Positions 1 through 14,754 of a DNA stretch of 64,000 bases are shown piece by piece. The notes beneath the pieces are model-generated. The model worked only from the letters and a program-made list of their open reading frames with translations. It was not told the DNA's origin and ran no database searches. The first letter of the stretch is position 1. Each line of letters opens with the position of its first letter. The position numbers were made by a program, and so were the translations under genes. The DNA is taken from positions 9,424,001-9,488,000 of the forward strand of contig CM075990.1 in NCBI GenBank assembly GCA_038087875.1, in the 5' to 3' direction. Source of the stretch: Malacoraja senta. Its lineage: Eukaryota.

Positions 1-1382
1 AAAAATAAAAAATTATGGGATTGGGGGTAATATATTAGCATGGGTAGAGGATTGGCTAACAAATAGGAAGCAGAGAGTGGGGATAAATGGTTCATACTCG
101 GGATGGCAACCGGTAACTAGCGGGGTTCCGCAAGGGTCGGTGCTGGGACCCCAGTTGTTCACAATTTATATAAATGATTTGGAGGAGGGAACCAAGTGTA
201 ATATATCAAAATTTGCCGACGATACAAAAATGGGAGGAAAAGTAGGGGATGAGGATAGGAAGAGTCTGCAAAAGGATATAGATAAGCTAGGTGAGTGGGC
301 AACAACTTGGCAGATGAAATTTAATACTAATAAATGTGAAGTCATTCACTTTGGGAAAAAAAATGATAGGGCAAGTTATTTTCTAAATGAGGTGGAGCTG
401 CGTTGTAATGCAACGCAAAGGGATCTAGGGGTAGTAGTACATGAATCACTAAAAGTTAGTATGCAGGTGCAGCAAGCAATCAGGAAGGCCAATGGAGTTT
501 TGGCCTTTATTGCTAGGGGGATTGAGTATAAAAACACGGAGGTCTTGCTGCAGCTGTACACAGTATTAGTGAGACCACATTTGGAATACTGTGTACAGTT
601 CTGGGGTCCATACTTAAGAAAGGATGTACTGGCCCTGGAGGCAGTGCAGCGAAGGTTTACAAGATTAATTCCTGCAATGAGGGGATTGACATATGAGGAA
701 AGGTTAAGTAGGCTGGAACTCTACTCTTTGGAGTTTAGAAGAATGAGAGGCGATCTCATTGAAACATATAAGATCGTGAGGGGCCTTGATCGGGTGGATG
801 CACCGAGGATGTTCCCAATGATCGGGGAAACTAGAACTAGGGGACATAGTTGTAGAATAAGAGGGGGCTCTTTTAAAACTGAGATGAGGAAGAACTTCTT
901 CACCCAGAGGGTGGTTAATTTATGGAATTCACTGCCCCAGGGAGCAGTGGAAGCAGAAACATTAAATATATTTAAGTCTAAAATAGATGTTTTTTTAGCT
1001 GCCAAGGGGATAAGGGGCTACGGGGAGAGGGCAGGGATATGGACCTAGGTATGGTTAGTATAGTAAGACCTGAGTGATCTCCTGGACAAGTGTCGATCGC
1101 CTGGATTGGGGTCGGAGAGGAATTTCCCGGATTTTTTTCCCGAATTGGACCTGGGTTTTTATCCGTTTTTTTGCCTCCCCCAGGAGATCACGCGGTTCTT
1201 GGGGTGGAGAGGGGTGATAGCGATATAAAGGGGAGGGTAGTGTCTTGTGTTCTGTGTCTTGTGTCTACTGTTTGTGGGTAAGGGTGTCTGTTTAGTGTTC
1301 AGCCATGAGCGAATGGCGGTGCGGGCTCGATGGGCCTGGTGGTCTACTCTCGCACCTACTTTCTATGTTTCTATGTTTCTAT
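1..1382 (+). mobile_element. CR1-clade LINE, 3' part (RT C-terminus, 3' UTR, (TTCTATGT)n tail); runs off the left edge of the window
   Basis: Frame open from position 2 to 1048 with GVPQGSVLGP, FADDTK, RPHLEYCVQFW and RKNFFTQRVV motifs; tail ttctatgtttctatgtttctat at about 1361-1382. Confidence 0.95.
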
Positions 1383-1384
1383 AT

Positions 1385-1582
1385 ACTCTGGGTACTCCAG
1401 ATTCCTCCCATACTTAAAGCAGCTCATAATGGCAGGTTAATTGGTCATTCGTAAATTGCCCCCGATGGGAGAGGTAGAATCTGGGGAACGTTGAAGGGAA
1501 TGTGGGGAGCATAAAATGAGATCAGTGTTGATGAGAGTCAACACAATACCCAATGGGCCGAAGGGCTCGTTTCCATGCTGCA
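1385..1582 (+). mobile_element. Degraded HE1-like SINE fragment
   Basis: Motifs ggtactccag..cctccca, gtaaattgcccc and gggccgaagggctcgtttccatgctg are shared with better copies at 17599 and 58095. Confidence 0.6.
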
Positions 1583-2800
1583 TAATTCTATTACTCCATC
1601 TTTATCTTACCTCGTTTTTGTCCATATGCAGTTGCTTAGCACCAAAGCTGGCATTTTCAATACAGCAAATATTTTATATAAAGACATAATGCGGCAATTT
1701 TTTAATATCATGTTGCAATGGATTATCAGAACAAGCTCTTCAATCAGGCTGTTGATCCTAACCCTTCTCCTTTTTGATCTTCCATTCAGCAAATTCATAT
1801 CTATGGTCAAACCATGTAGCAATGAACATTTATTACATGATGCTTTCATTAATAAGCATTTATTTTTGCAAAAAGCTTCTGCTGATTAGGAACAGCTGTG
1901 TTATAATTGCATAAGTCTTTGAACTATATGTCACTGATTGGTTAATGATCATAAATTTATTTGCCTCATATAGAAAGAGAAAACATAGAAATTAACAAGG
2001 AGGAAGAACTAAATAGTGTAAAACTTTGTTAACTGCAAAAAAAGGTTAAATTGAACAAATAAAAGCTGACAGCTATATTTATAATGCGCTTTGAGTATTC
2101 AAAGCACATCACAAACTCCATTAAATGAAAGCTATACGATTGTTTTTAAGGGAGTGCAAACAGCAATCTAGCGAATTACAAATTATTGCCTGTTCCAGCA
2201 TTCAATATCATGGTTCACTCAGCTCCACTTTCTCACCCAATCCCCACATCCAGTAAGTCCAAAAACCTGTCGAGTGAAAGCACAAAGAGTTCTCCAGGAT
2301 AGAGAATGTCAAATATTCAGAACCATTTTCTTGAAGGATGTTCTCATCTCTGGACTAAATAACAACTCCCCTTCTTAGCCCCCTAATTTTGGACTATTCA
2401 GCCAAATACACTATTTACATCTAATCAATTCCTTTCAGAATCATGAATGTTTCAATAAGATCACTACTCATTTTTCTGAACTCCAGAAAACATGGGTTAA
2501 TCCTTTTCAACCTCTACTCAGAGATAATCAGTTTGGTACATAAATCAGTTTCTTTGAACCTGCAATCTGCCAATTACAGCGTCAGCTAATGAGCCAAGCC
2601 ACTATTCAAAGTGACAAAAGGCCTTCAATTTTTTTTAACCCATTTTCTACACATGATATATATTAGATGTTGTTCTACGCAATGTCTCACTTCCATCCAC
2701 AGAAGTAAAAATACAATGCTGTGAAGCATGTTCACTGCAATTAAGATTCAACTGCCACAAAATATGCTGTTTCAATGACATTAGTGAACTATCTGCAAGT

Positions 2801-3385
2801 AGGCTCTGTCCCACAGGTTTGCGGTCGTTGGCGGTGAAGCGCGGCATCGCCGGAAGAGGGGACCGCACGGCAACCACATGAGCGCCACACGGATGCTGCG
2901 CGGGCGGCCAAGTACGGCCGGTTCCACGAGCTTGCTGTTTCGGCTTTCAGATCGCGGGGCTGTGGCTGCGGCCGTGCCGCACACGTGCCTCACTGGCGGC
3001 GGTCGTGCCTCACTGGCGGTGGCTGTGGCGGCGGCTGTGGCAGTGCCCGTGCCGCACACGCGCCTCACTAGCGGCGGCTGTGGCAGCGGTCGTGCCTCAC
3101 TGGCGGAGGCTGTGGCGGTGCAAGTTGGACGCACGGCGCTCGTGCCGCACTGGCGCCGGCTGTGGCGGTGATCGTGCCACACTCGTGCCTCACTGGCGGT
3201 GGCTGTGCGGTAGTAACATATTTTTGAACAGTGTTGGTTTTATTTTAGCACCGTGCGGTGTTGGGAACAACGCTGCACGTCCCCGGCGGTGGGCGTTTGA
3301 CCGAGTGCGCGGTCTATGGCGGCCCAGGAGCGGTAGATTCTTCCTGTTTCGCCGCCAATGACCACAGACACGTGAGACAGGCCTT
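2801..3385. mobile_element. Non-autonomous PIF/Harbinger-like MITE with an internal GC-rich minisatellite
   Basis: Imperfect TIRs aggctctgtcccac / gtgagacaggcct; subterminal inverted match ggtcgttggcggtgaa / ttcgccgccaatgacc; interrupts a Rex-type tail at gcaag|taa|gaatttcatt; internal repeats of cgtgcctcactggcgg. Confidence 0.65.
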
Positions 3386-5089
3386 TAAGAATTTCATTTT
3401 TCTATCTGGGACATGTGACAATAAAACACTCTTGACTCTCGAACTATCGATTTGACATTTTGGCTCACCGACAATCCCTATCAGCCTTTGTTGAAGTTCA
3501 GACAAATTTAGATCCCTGATGTGTGTCTCAGTTTCAAAGTTTGAATATTGATAGATTTGTTTTTTTTGTTTGTATCAAATAATTTCTGTAGTTTGCAATG
3601 AAAATCAAATTATAAATTGCTTGTTCACATAGGGTTAATTGCAACAACAAAAAATCAACAAAAGCAATCTGTTTATTTCATGTAATCCAGGAGAGAATTC
3701 AACTGTTAATCTCTGAAATAATGGTATGAACTTCTCTCAAATATCAATAAATGAAGAGACAGAATATATATCATGGGATTAAGGTTGCAGGTGATTTTGG
3801 GTACATTGGCAACAAGAATGCCTAATTTTCTACAAATTAACATCCTAAGTATTTACTTTATATGACACATTCTTGCTTAATAACCACACAAAATAAATGA
3901 AATGGCACTGCTGCATCGCTATTGAAATAGTGACAATGAACTTTAAACAAAAGCCAAGTGTCCATATACTAACAGGCTCCCATCTTAATGTCAGGGCCAA
4001 CTTGAGATAGTTTCCTTCAATGCTAACCAGATTACCAATATTGATTGAATTGCCTTTTTCCACTTTCACATTGCAGATGTTAAATTCATGACACATTACT
4101 AATAAAAATATTGCCTCTACTTCGACATGCAAAGAACATCGTTATTTTTCTGCAAGAGATTTATGATAAATGAAAAGTACATTTGACAGAACTCTGATCA
4201 GGGTTGTATTTAGAATAAAACAAACCTAGAATAAACAACATGATGGAAGCAGTTAACAGGTCAAGGAATATCAATGGAGGCAGACACGCAGTTCCTGTCC
4301 CTGAAATGTACATGAGACCTCATTAGAACAATCTGAATGACCAAAGGCAAAGAGGCTGAAGTGGGATGGAGTATTGAAGTTCTAGGCAACTCAAAGTTCA
4401 AGATTACCATTGTGAACTGAACAGAGGTGTTCAACAAAGCAGTTACCCAATCTGTATTTTGCTTCTCCAATGTAGAAGAGACCATGCTATTTTTGAAATA
4501 TCCTTCATTATTTTACTTCTTTAAATGACAAAAAATTCAATGAAAAATCTAAGCATATATATTAGGGAAGGTCAAGATTAATTAGCCTTGGGCTTCTTCA
4601 TCTGGAGCAATCTATTATCTGGTGTCCATTTTGTTCTTCCATATACTTTTCTAATTCACCCTTGCAAATTCTTAACCAATTTATTCCATTATATGGTAAA
4701 GAAAATTGTTCCTAAGTTTTCTTTTCAATGTTCCAATTATAACTCTCAACCTCTCGAAATTAATGGCTACTCATCAACCAATTAAATATTTACTACTTAT
4801 TCTATGAACATATTTTATAATTGCAAAACATGAATTTTCCTATTCCAATGAACAGTACTCAATTGATCAAGCCTTATTAATAATGCAACCATGACATAGT
4901 TTGGGTGAATTTTCCCCATTCTATGGCACTAGCGATAATCATCAACTAAATTCCATCATTTCCATTCTTTTAGATTCAACAATTTCAAACATGATATCAA
5001 ATCATATTTTAGATAGCAGCATAAGATCTAACGATCTTTAGAGAGAGTTAGGGGCAACATTGGTTAAAGCACAAAAAACAAAGATGAGG

Positions 5090-5560
5090 AATTAACTAAT
5101 GACAGACTATTATTTTCAGGATGTCCATACTAAGTCCTCAGTTTTATACTATCTGCAAAAGACTTAAGGAAAACACAAAATATCACTTATTGACGTTTAC
5201 TGATGATACAAAGTTAGTTAGGGATGTGGGCTGTGAGAAGGATGGAGAGTCTCTGCAAAAGCGCACAATCCACCAAGTAGCACGATGCAGATGGCACAAG
5301 GAAAGATGTGAGATTGTGCACATTGGTATCGAAACAAGAATTGTTTTTCAAAGCGGAGGAACCTCCATATATTCAGGCGCAGTTGCATCTGAGAAAGTGA
5401 ACATACAGGAACAGCAAGCTTGGGAAAGCAAACGGTATGTTGGCCTTCTTTGCAGGTGAACTTGAATACTGAACCTACAAGTCAAGCTAAAATGATATCG
5501 GGTTTTATTGAGGAATCATTTGGAATATTTTGTTTAGTCTTGGTCTATATCCTGATGTCA
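5090..5560 (+). mobile_element. Old, degraded CR1 RT fragment
   Basis: Remnant motifs FTDDTKL and ERCEIVHIG in ORF 5121..5459. Confidence 0.65.
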
Positions 5561-8500
5561 TAGAATTAATGCTACAGATTTAGACGGCACTTTACCCAAA
5601 GTAATATATTTTGGATATCTGGTGTTTTGTGTTCAGATGCCACAGAGCAGCCACTGGCATTTGAATATTCAAAGAGGTTTCGCCAGTTAAGATGTGCAAC
5701 CATTGTAAATATTCAATTCTGCAAAGTTATCTGTATACAATCAAAATGTTAAAACAGGTAATTATACCCATTAAAACCATAGTTAATTGTTTATTATTAC
5801 CTTTGTGTTTAAACTCTATGAAGCATCATTGCACAGTTGAGTGTCAGAACTGGAGAAATAGATTCTCCAGAAGACTTGCTTTTATAAAGACATCTATCTG
5901 CTTCAGTATCCAGTGACTTCATTTGTCTTCATTTATCTTTTTACTCAACACATGTTCTGTATAAGCTTTCACAGTTAAATGTTATGTTCCTGGCAAGAAA
6001 ACTCCTGTTATTTACTCCCTCTGAACAATCCCTTGGTCTTCTTTAGTCGAGTTCCAAATTGTTCCTAATCCTTTGGTTTGCTGCTTTTTTGAGCTAATTA
6101 ATGTGTCTTCTAGGTTCTAACACCATGCCTAATTTACCGAGTTAACCAAATTTAAGCCACCCTTCCAATTCAGTTATCTATTATCAACAGTGTTTTTAAA
6201 ATTCAGAAACTAATTTGATTGAGATGCACATCATGAGACTGAATAATATCTAAATGTTAAGAGACTGTGTGTTCTCACTGGAGAATGCAAAACTATACAT
6301 CACATCAGGATATCTGCCATTTCCAACTAGACGAGAAATTTGTTCAAGTTACGATTTATAGATTTTGGATAATGAAGGAATCTTAGGATCTGGTGCTCAC
6401 AAGGGGTAGCGGACCTGAGACAAAATAAACAATAATGGTCTTACTGAATAGCTAATCCTGCATCTCAATTTTTTCTTCTGTCATATGAACCAGAATGCTT
6501 TGAGTTTCTTGTGCCTTTCCCTGCAATTGCATATTCCATTCCATAAAGCTCAAAATCCAACCTGATTTATTCTCTGCCTGCACTTGAACATGTAACAATC
6601 ATTGTTCTGGATTTTACAGTCAATGGTAAGTGACAGAGATCACCACTGGCCTTGGCAGTGTGCCCTTGAAAACCTAATGATTCTACTCCTGCTGATATTA
6701 AATTTAATTCTGGAATCTTCAAAAATCTCTCTTTGGTATCCATGGAAATAGATCTCTCAAATCTAATAATCTAATATAATTAAAACAGTCTGTATAGCCA
6801 ATCATACTGAAGCATTCTTATAGTCGTGACATTAGCTGTGAGGTTAGAAAATTCTATTATCTATTTCAGACTTGCTGCCCAAATTTCTCTATCACATCAT
6901 CAATTGTTGATAAAGATACAGTTTGTTTTTGAACTGCTTTTATTTCACATGCATTAACTTTTACATCATGCTACAGTTGCTGTATGTGGAATTATAATAT
7001 TGCAGTTGACATCACAAAGAATTGTAAATCTACCGCTCAGGCAGTTTAATATCAACCATAAAGACAACATTTAATTTTCTCTTTCCAAAATTGTTTTGTG
7101 TTAACACAACAAGGTTAAGACTAAACAACAGTAGATTAAGTTATGGCACGTGGCAATTGAGAAGGCATAGGTTGCCAGAACTATTTGGCATATCGCTGAA
7201 GTAGATCAACAGAACGATAAGATTCACAGCAGCATATCATTACATTTCCAGTTTTATCAATATCTCAGCAAACTTCACGGCTGACATAGATTCCAAATTA
7301 TTCTACAAAGACAATAAATTAGAGTTTGAGGGAAAATCCTCGCATATAATCCTCGTCAGACTTACTCATATCATCTTGCCAACATTTTGGACTCTGTTTT
7401 AGATGAACAAGCCACTACAGGTTCTCTTGACACCCATGAAGAAAGTATATGCATACAACATTTGAAGATTAACAAGGGCTAATTCATTAAACATACTTTT
7501 TGATTAATAGCAATGGTGCACTGCAGATAAATAAGATGTGTATAACAAGAAAATATATTGCACTGAATATCCATGAACACTCCTAACCAAAACTTGCAAA
7601 ATTTAGTCTAGTGTATTATTGCCACGTGTACCGAGGTACAGTGAAATGCTTTTTTTGTTGAATTTAAAAAATCACAGAGAACATATTAAATCACAGCTTC
7701 AAAGTGTGGCTGCTAGGTCCAATTACACAAAACTGCAATTGCAGGCAAACAACAATTTTAAGCACAGGATCTGGGTGTTGCTAGAAAGGACAACATTTCT
7801 TACCCTTTCAATGCCCTTGAAATGAAAGGTTTGCTGGACTCGCGGGCAATTACACATCAGCCACATTGCTGAGAGCCGGTTATCACAAAGGCTAAGTGAA
7901 AGCTGCAAGGACATTAGATAACTGTGATGGCTTTAAATGACAAATCTTACAGTTTCATAGGCTGTCAGTACAGATAACAACTGTTTACAGATTTCCTTAA
8001 TTAATTTTCCCAGGTACCATGCAGCCTCACATCTCCAGATGATTTGACCAGCTCCCTGCAACATTCTTCCACTCAGATAAACACTATGCGACTATACCTC
8101 TTTAAGTATATATTTTTTTAACCCATAAATATGTTCCTTTAATTTAAATTGAACATGTTACAGATGATAGGAACAATATCTCCCCTTGCCTAAATGGATT
8201 TTAATAAACTGTAGAGAAATTATCAAATTATTTTTTAAAATCTCAGAGTACCCAAAATCAATAGGTTTTCCAACACTGATCATTCTTAGGGGAGAGGGGA
8301 GGGGAAGTATTAAAAGTAAAAAAAACTTAGGATGGTTCACCAAAATACTACTTTGTTCATCTGACATACAGAATTTGCATTCTGCCCACAAGAAGCATCA
8401 TTCTGTAAAGAATGACACCCACATATAACATTTTAAATATAATTCAGCCAATACAAATAACTGCAAACACAAAGCAAATATTTTCTATATTCACTCTCCA

Positions 8501-10627
8501 TTAGTACTTTCTTAAGAAAATGAAGAAATAAAGCAATAGAATAATAATGCTCTACTCTATGCCACAGGGTACAAGGCATGAGGCTCTATGGTCTTTAGGA
8601 CTTCAGGTAACACATCAACACTGTTCAGCTTATTTCTAAGACAAACAAGCTGCACTTTGTCAGTTATATAATGAACAAATGCAATGTCAAGCATGCATCG
8701 AATAGCTAAACATTAGGCTAGATCGCTCAATCAGATTTACAATGATCCAACACATTCAAATGTCATAAGCCAAATCCCTTCTTTTTCTCTGGGAAATGCG
8801 CAATTGTGATTTTCGGGGGGAAAAAGTTCCCGTGAATACCTGCATACTAGAGGGTATGTCAAACTCTGATTCGCCAATATAACATTGATTTCAGGACAGT
8901 TCTTTCAAATAAAAATGTAGGATACCATGGTAACAAACACATCGGGACAGGCATTTTCCAATCATGGTAACTGCTGAAGAAAAATATAAAATATCTGCAA
9001 AAGCAGCAGAAAGAAAAAATATGATTTATGTAAAAACGTGCGGTTTTGTTTTCCTTTCTTTAGACAAGTTCTTTAACCTGATTGTTAAATATAAATAGCC
9101 AAGTTTAACCCATTTAAAAAAATATCAAGCTCAGAGAAATGTTGCTCATTGGAGATGGTTACAAGCAAAGGTATTATTGAGTGCACATTAAATCTTTTGT
9201 TTTAAGTAGCAGAAGAAACATTTAGAGACTGAAAACTTAGTATAGAGTAGTTTGCACAGATTCCAATTGGAAAGCTTGTTAGCCGAGTGGAAGTCATCAC
9301 TACCCGACCATAATAGGCCACACAAATAATGTTACTTGTCAGCCCAAGTTGAAATGTCTCAACTGACTCGCTGGAGGTTGGAATTAAGCTCCATTTTTGT
9401 AAAAATATTATTAAATAGCTTCTGCCCTTATGTTAGAAGGAAGGTAGTGATATAGGAAGACCCCAAACATGTAGGAAAGGAATTGGATCGGTAGATGAAC
9501 ATTAACGAATATGTGTCGGAATGCATTTTAGTAGGACGGATATTGAGGCCACATAGCAATTCCAAACTATGTTCCAAATGAGTTATAGGAATCAGCAAAA
9601 GTCAATCAAAGAAGTAAAATACTTCATAAGAAGGTCCAGAAATCATTTCAAGTAAGCATGTAGGCCAGGAGCAATTGTGTTTTCCAAAGGATTAAAGAAA
9701 AGAAGTATCCTTAGAATAGCGCCAGAAATTGGAATTAAGTCTGTCAGTGAAAAATCCATTTTTGGTTGAAAAATTGGCTGGGTAGTAATAGGGATGGTGT
9801 AAAGACAACCAGAACTATGAACTATAAATGTAAGTTAATCACCAATAAGTTTGAGATACACTACTTGTTGCAGAAAATACAAGGTACAACTCACTATCAT
9901 AGGAAATGGCCAAGGCAAAAAGTTCGATCCTTGATGGATTAACCAACGAGGAAAAAAGGTTTCTCAGAACCTTTCCGGTAGAGCTGGGGTGCTGTTCAAA
10001 CAAGCTTGGCAATTCACTGCACTGCTCCCTTTGTATCTTCATGAAAATAGTTAATTTATGAAGGAAGTGGTAGACAGAAGGGACAATCAAATTCACTTTT
10101 GTTGCATCTGTTCCGACAAGAACTCCATAAATTTAAAGGATGTGATAGCTGAGTATTCAGCCCTGCTCTGTCAGCAAAAACATTGTAACAACTCTTTCAA
10201 TTAAACATCTGTCTCATGGTGATGTTGTTGGTGGAATACTTGCAGATTGTGGTTTCAATGAAAGACAAACATCTTAGTTTTCATAGAAATTTCACAGAAT
10301 GACAATAGCTGGAACTTCTTTGCTCAAGTCCTAAATGCTCTATCATCCATTATTGTGAGAATGATCAAACAGCACCTGCCTTTATGCTGAGACAGCCATG
10401 TGACAAATTTGAATATCTCCTGAGGCCTGACAATTACTTCCCCACGTTTCATGCCAGAAACTGAAAAATATTGCTCTGCTGGCCAGTTTTATCAAATATA
10501 TTACAGCCCCTGGGAATACTCAAGAATAGTGAGCTTCCCGAGTATCCTGAGCAATGTAATACATTCAATAAACACCACAAAAAGTCTATTGTTTGATTTT
10601 TCTGTTTGATATTATTTACTTTATACG

Positions 10628-10992
10628 CATAGAAACATAGAAAGTAGTTGCAGGAGTAGGCCATTCGGCCCTTCGAGCCAGCACCGCCATTCAACATGAT
10701 CATGGCTGATCATCCAGAACCTGTACCCCGCTCCTGCTTTTTCCCCCATACCCCTTGATTCCATTCACCCTAAGAGCTATATCTAGCTTGAATACATCCA
10801 GTGAATTGGCCTCCACTGCCTTCTGTGGCAGAGAGTTCCACATATTCACAACTCTCTGGGTGAAAAAGTTTTTCCTCATCTCAGTCCTAAATGGCCTACC
10901 CCTTATTCTTAAACTGTGACCCCTGGTTCTGTACTCCACCAACATTGGGAACATTTTTCCTGCATCTAGCTTGTCCAATCCGTTAAGAATTT
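10628..10992 (-). mobile_element. CR1 LINE 3' end
   Basis: ORF 10700..10978 reads RTRGHSLRIRGRPFRTEMRKNFFTQRVV; tail catagaaacatagaaa on the + strand. Confidence 0.92.
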
Positions 10993-11958
10993 TACTTCAG
11001 GCCGCAGGACAGGAGTAGTTACACTTTACGTGGATCAAGTATGTAATTTCTCAGTGCCACTTTCTTGCATGAATGCCAAAATCCATTGATTGCCGTAATC
11101 CCCTAAATCTACCAAATCTCTGTTTTAGAACACATTCAGCACTCACACTCCCCTTCATTCTCCCTGCTGGATCCCCCTTTCAATCTCGGTAGCCCTGTCG
11201 GTAGCCCCTGCCAGGTAGCTCGCGGCAGCATGTATCCCTTCCTCGCTCTCACAAATGCTGGTCCCCCTATGCTCTCGGTGGTCCACTTCATTCTTGATAT
11301 TCTCGGTGATCCCCCCTGCATTCTTGATGGTCCACCTCGCTTGTGGGTTCCCCCTTGCTCTAGTCGACTCCGGTGGCTCAGGGCCAAGCTTTGTGTCATC
11401 AGCTAGCATCGATATAATTTGCCTGTCCCTTATTGAGAACCGTCAGTACTGAACCTACAGCATGCCCCGAAGTCACAGTCTCCCAACCTGAACATTACTG
11501 ATATATCCCTAGCCTTGCTTTATGCCAATTAAGCAATTTTCAGATGTTGCCTGTGTGTACTAAGCATTCAAATTTTGTTCAGTAGTTTCTTATATGACAC
11601 TGCATGAAATGCTTTTTTAAAGTCCAAATGCACCACATCCAGTAACTCCCCCTTACCTACACAGCTTATAACAAATTGAAAACCAAAATAAACATGTCTG
11701 GCATCATATCAGTGCTTAGTGAGTTATTGTTCTCAGTTTCAGATAAAAAGACTATTTTCACTTATCTAGATAACAATACAAATTTCTCTTGATATAATTT
11801 TATGCTCCCATGTTTTGGATTTCACAAAGGAATCATTTTCCATATCTATCTCAGCAAATCCTTTTAATTTTGTAAACACCTTAAGTAGTTCATGCCTATA
11901 CCCAGGGTAATACGAATGCTTTTCCTTTTTTCTTTCAGTGATCGCTGTCTGCAAATTA

Positions 11959-13599
11959 CAATGCCCTCCATAATGTTTGGGACAAAGAGCCATCATTTAT
12001 TTATTTGCCTCTGTACTCCATAATTTGAGAATTGTAATAGAAAAAAATCACATGTGGTTAAAGTGCACATTGTCAGATTTTATTAAAGGGTATTTTTATA
12101 CATTTTGGTTTCACCATGTATAAATTACAGCTGTGTTTATACATGGTCCCGCCATTTCTGGGCACGATAATGTTTGGGACACATGGCTTTACAGGCGTTT
12201 GTAATTGCTCAGGTGTGTTTAATTGCCTTCTTAATGCAGGTATAAGAGAGCTCTCAGCACCTAGTCTTTCCTCCAGTCTTTCCATCACCTTGGGAAACTT
12301 TTATTGCTGTTTATCAACAGGAGGATCAAAGTTGTGTCAATGAAAGTCAAATAAGCCATTATGAGGCTGAGAAACAAGAATAAAACTGTTTGAGACATCA
12401 GCCAAACCTTAAGCTTACCAAAATCAACTTAGGAACATCATTAAGAAGAAAGAGAGCACTGGTGAGCTTACTAATCACAAAAGGACTGGCAGGCCAAGGA
12501 AGACCTCCACAGCTGATGACAGAAGAATTCTCTCTATAATAAAGCAAAATCCCCAAACACTTGGCCGACAGATTAGAAACACTCTTCAGGAGTCAGGTGT
12601 GGATTCGTCAATGACCACTGTCCGCAGAAGACTTCAGGAACAGAAATACAGAGGCTGCACTGCAAGATGCAAACCACTGGTGAGCTGCAAATATATGATG
12701 GCCCAGTTACAGTTTGCCAAGAAGTACTTAAAAGAGCAACCACAATTCTGGAAAAAGGTCTTGTGGACAGATGAGACGAAGATTAACATATCAGAGTGAT
12801 GGCAAGAGTAAAGTATGGAGGAGAGAAGGAACTGCCCAACATCCAAAGCATACCACCTTATATGTGAAACACAGTGGTGGATGTGTTATGGCCTGGGCAT
12901 GTATGGCTGCTGAAGATACTGGCTCACTTTATCTTCATTGATGATACAACTGCTGATGGTAGTAGCATAATGAATTCTGAAGTGTATAGACACATCCTAA
13001 CTGCTCGTTCAAACAAATGCCTCAAAACTCATTGGCTGGCGGTTCATTCTACAGCAAGACAATGATCCCAAACATACTGCTAAAGCAATAAAGGAGTTTT
13101 TCAAAGCTAAAAAATTGTCAATTCTTGGGTGGCCAAGTCAATCACCCGATCTGAACCCAATTGAACATGCCTTTTACATGCTGAAGAGAAAACTGAAGGG
13201 AACTAGCCCCCAAAACAAGCATAAGCTAAATATGGCTGCAATACAGGCCTGGCAGAGCATCACCAGAGAAGACCCCCAGCAACTGGTGATGTCCATGAAT
13301 CGCAGACTTCAAGCAGTCATTGCATGCAAAGGAAATGCAACAAAATACTAAACATGACTACTTTCATTTACATGACATTGCTGTGTCCCAAACATTATGG
13401 TGCCCTGAAATGGGGGGGACTATAAACACTGCTGTAATTTCTGCAGGATGAAACCAAAATGTATAAAAATGGCCTTTATTAAAATCTGACAATGTGTACT
13501 TTAACAAGTGATTTTTTATATTACAAATCTCAAATTGTGGAGTACAGAGGCAAATAAATAAATGATGGGTCTTTGTCCCAAACATTATGGAGGGCACTG
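11959..13599 (+). mobile_element. Full-length Tc1-family DNA transposon (IR/DR type) with decayed DD34E transposase
   Basis: TA on both flanks; TIRs of about 220 bp (ca[a/g]tgccctccataatgtttgggaca... / ...tgtcccaaacattatggagggcactg) with an internal repeat of ataatgtttgggaca; motifs VLWTDETK, QQDNDPKH and SPDLNPIE. Confidence 0.95.
12320..13351 (+). pseudogene. Tc1 transposase pseudogene (frameshifts and stops)
   Basis: Split across ORFs 12599..12799, 12874..13065 and 13115..13351. Confidence 0.9.
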
Positions 13600-14754
13600 T
13601 AGCTATTGCATTGTTATTCTATTGACATACGTAAATCAACAATTCTCTTACAATTAAGTATTCTGCAGTTGTCCAATGGTATAGGCACAACAAGGAGGGT
13701 TCTTCCTTAACCAATCAGAATTCAACAGAAGGTAGTAATTACTAAAATGCAATTTATGATCTATAAAACTGCTGTACAAGTTTTTCTTAATTTTTTTTTT
13801 TTTAATTGCATTATGGCAATGTGATACTGGTGCAACTACAGAATGATAAATGGTTAAAACAAAGACATCACATTCCATTAGAGCGAGTGAACAGAAAAAC
13901 TGACCTTTCTCTAGTAAAAACCAGTGCCAGGTTACACTGACAAACAGACATCTTTAGATTTAATGCCAGAGCTTTATGGCAAATGTTCCCAACAAGATCT
14001 CAGCCATTACCTGATAAAAAATTTAACATCAAAGAGCACCACACTGTGGCCAATGTATAGATCTCCAAGCATGCAGCATCTCAGGCCTCATTGCAAAACT
14101 GCACCGTCAACATTTACAAAAACACACTATCTGGACTCTGATTTACAAACAAAGCATCAATACATCTAATGGACCAATCAAAATACACTGCTTTATGTTG
14201 CAGCACTTCACATTCTCATCACATTTTGCAGTTGCCAGAGTTACAGGACACATGGCCTATTATCTCATATTAAGATGCTGGTACATACCTTGTTCAAATA
14301 AGTGTATTACAAATGATATCCAACTAATGATTTTAACAGCTTCGAACAAACTTGTATCAAAAACTTCTATCCAAAAGAAGACATTTAAATCTTTTATTGC
14401 TTTAAATGACTATATAAATAGAGTTGCTACATCTCTCACGTAGTTCATACTGCAAGTCAGGATGTATAGGGGTTAATTAGACTGTATTGAGAGTAATATT
14501 TGTATGAAGTTTTATTGAATCAATTTCCAGTTCGTCTGAGTTCATGTTGATGGTTGTCACACCCAGTGAAGATGATGCAATTTTGTCCCAGACCACAAAC
14601 ATAGCTACCATGGTAATCACAATTTCACAGCCCCTGAAGTGCTGGATATATAATGAATGGCTTTGAAATGCAGTTAAATAACAAACATTCTATGTACATC
14701 AATTCTCATGTGAAACAGATCTATGTTAGGTGACTGAGGATATGTATAAAGACA

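Noticed and set aside
2781-3361. GC-rich ORFs or a possible CpG-island promoter
   Set aside because: Lies within TIRs of a Harbinger-like MITE and consists of tandem repeats
11136-11452. GC-elevated segment with short ORFs on both strands
   Set aside because: No recognisable motif or splice structure; probably a repeat remnant
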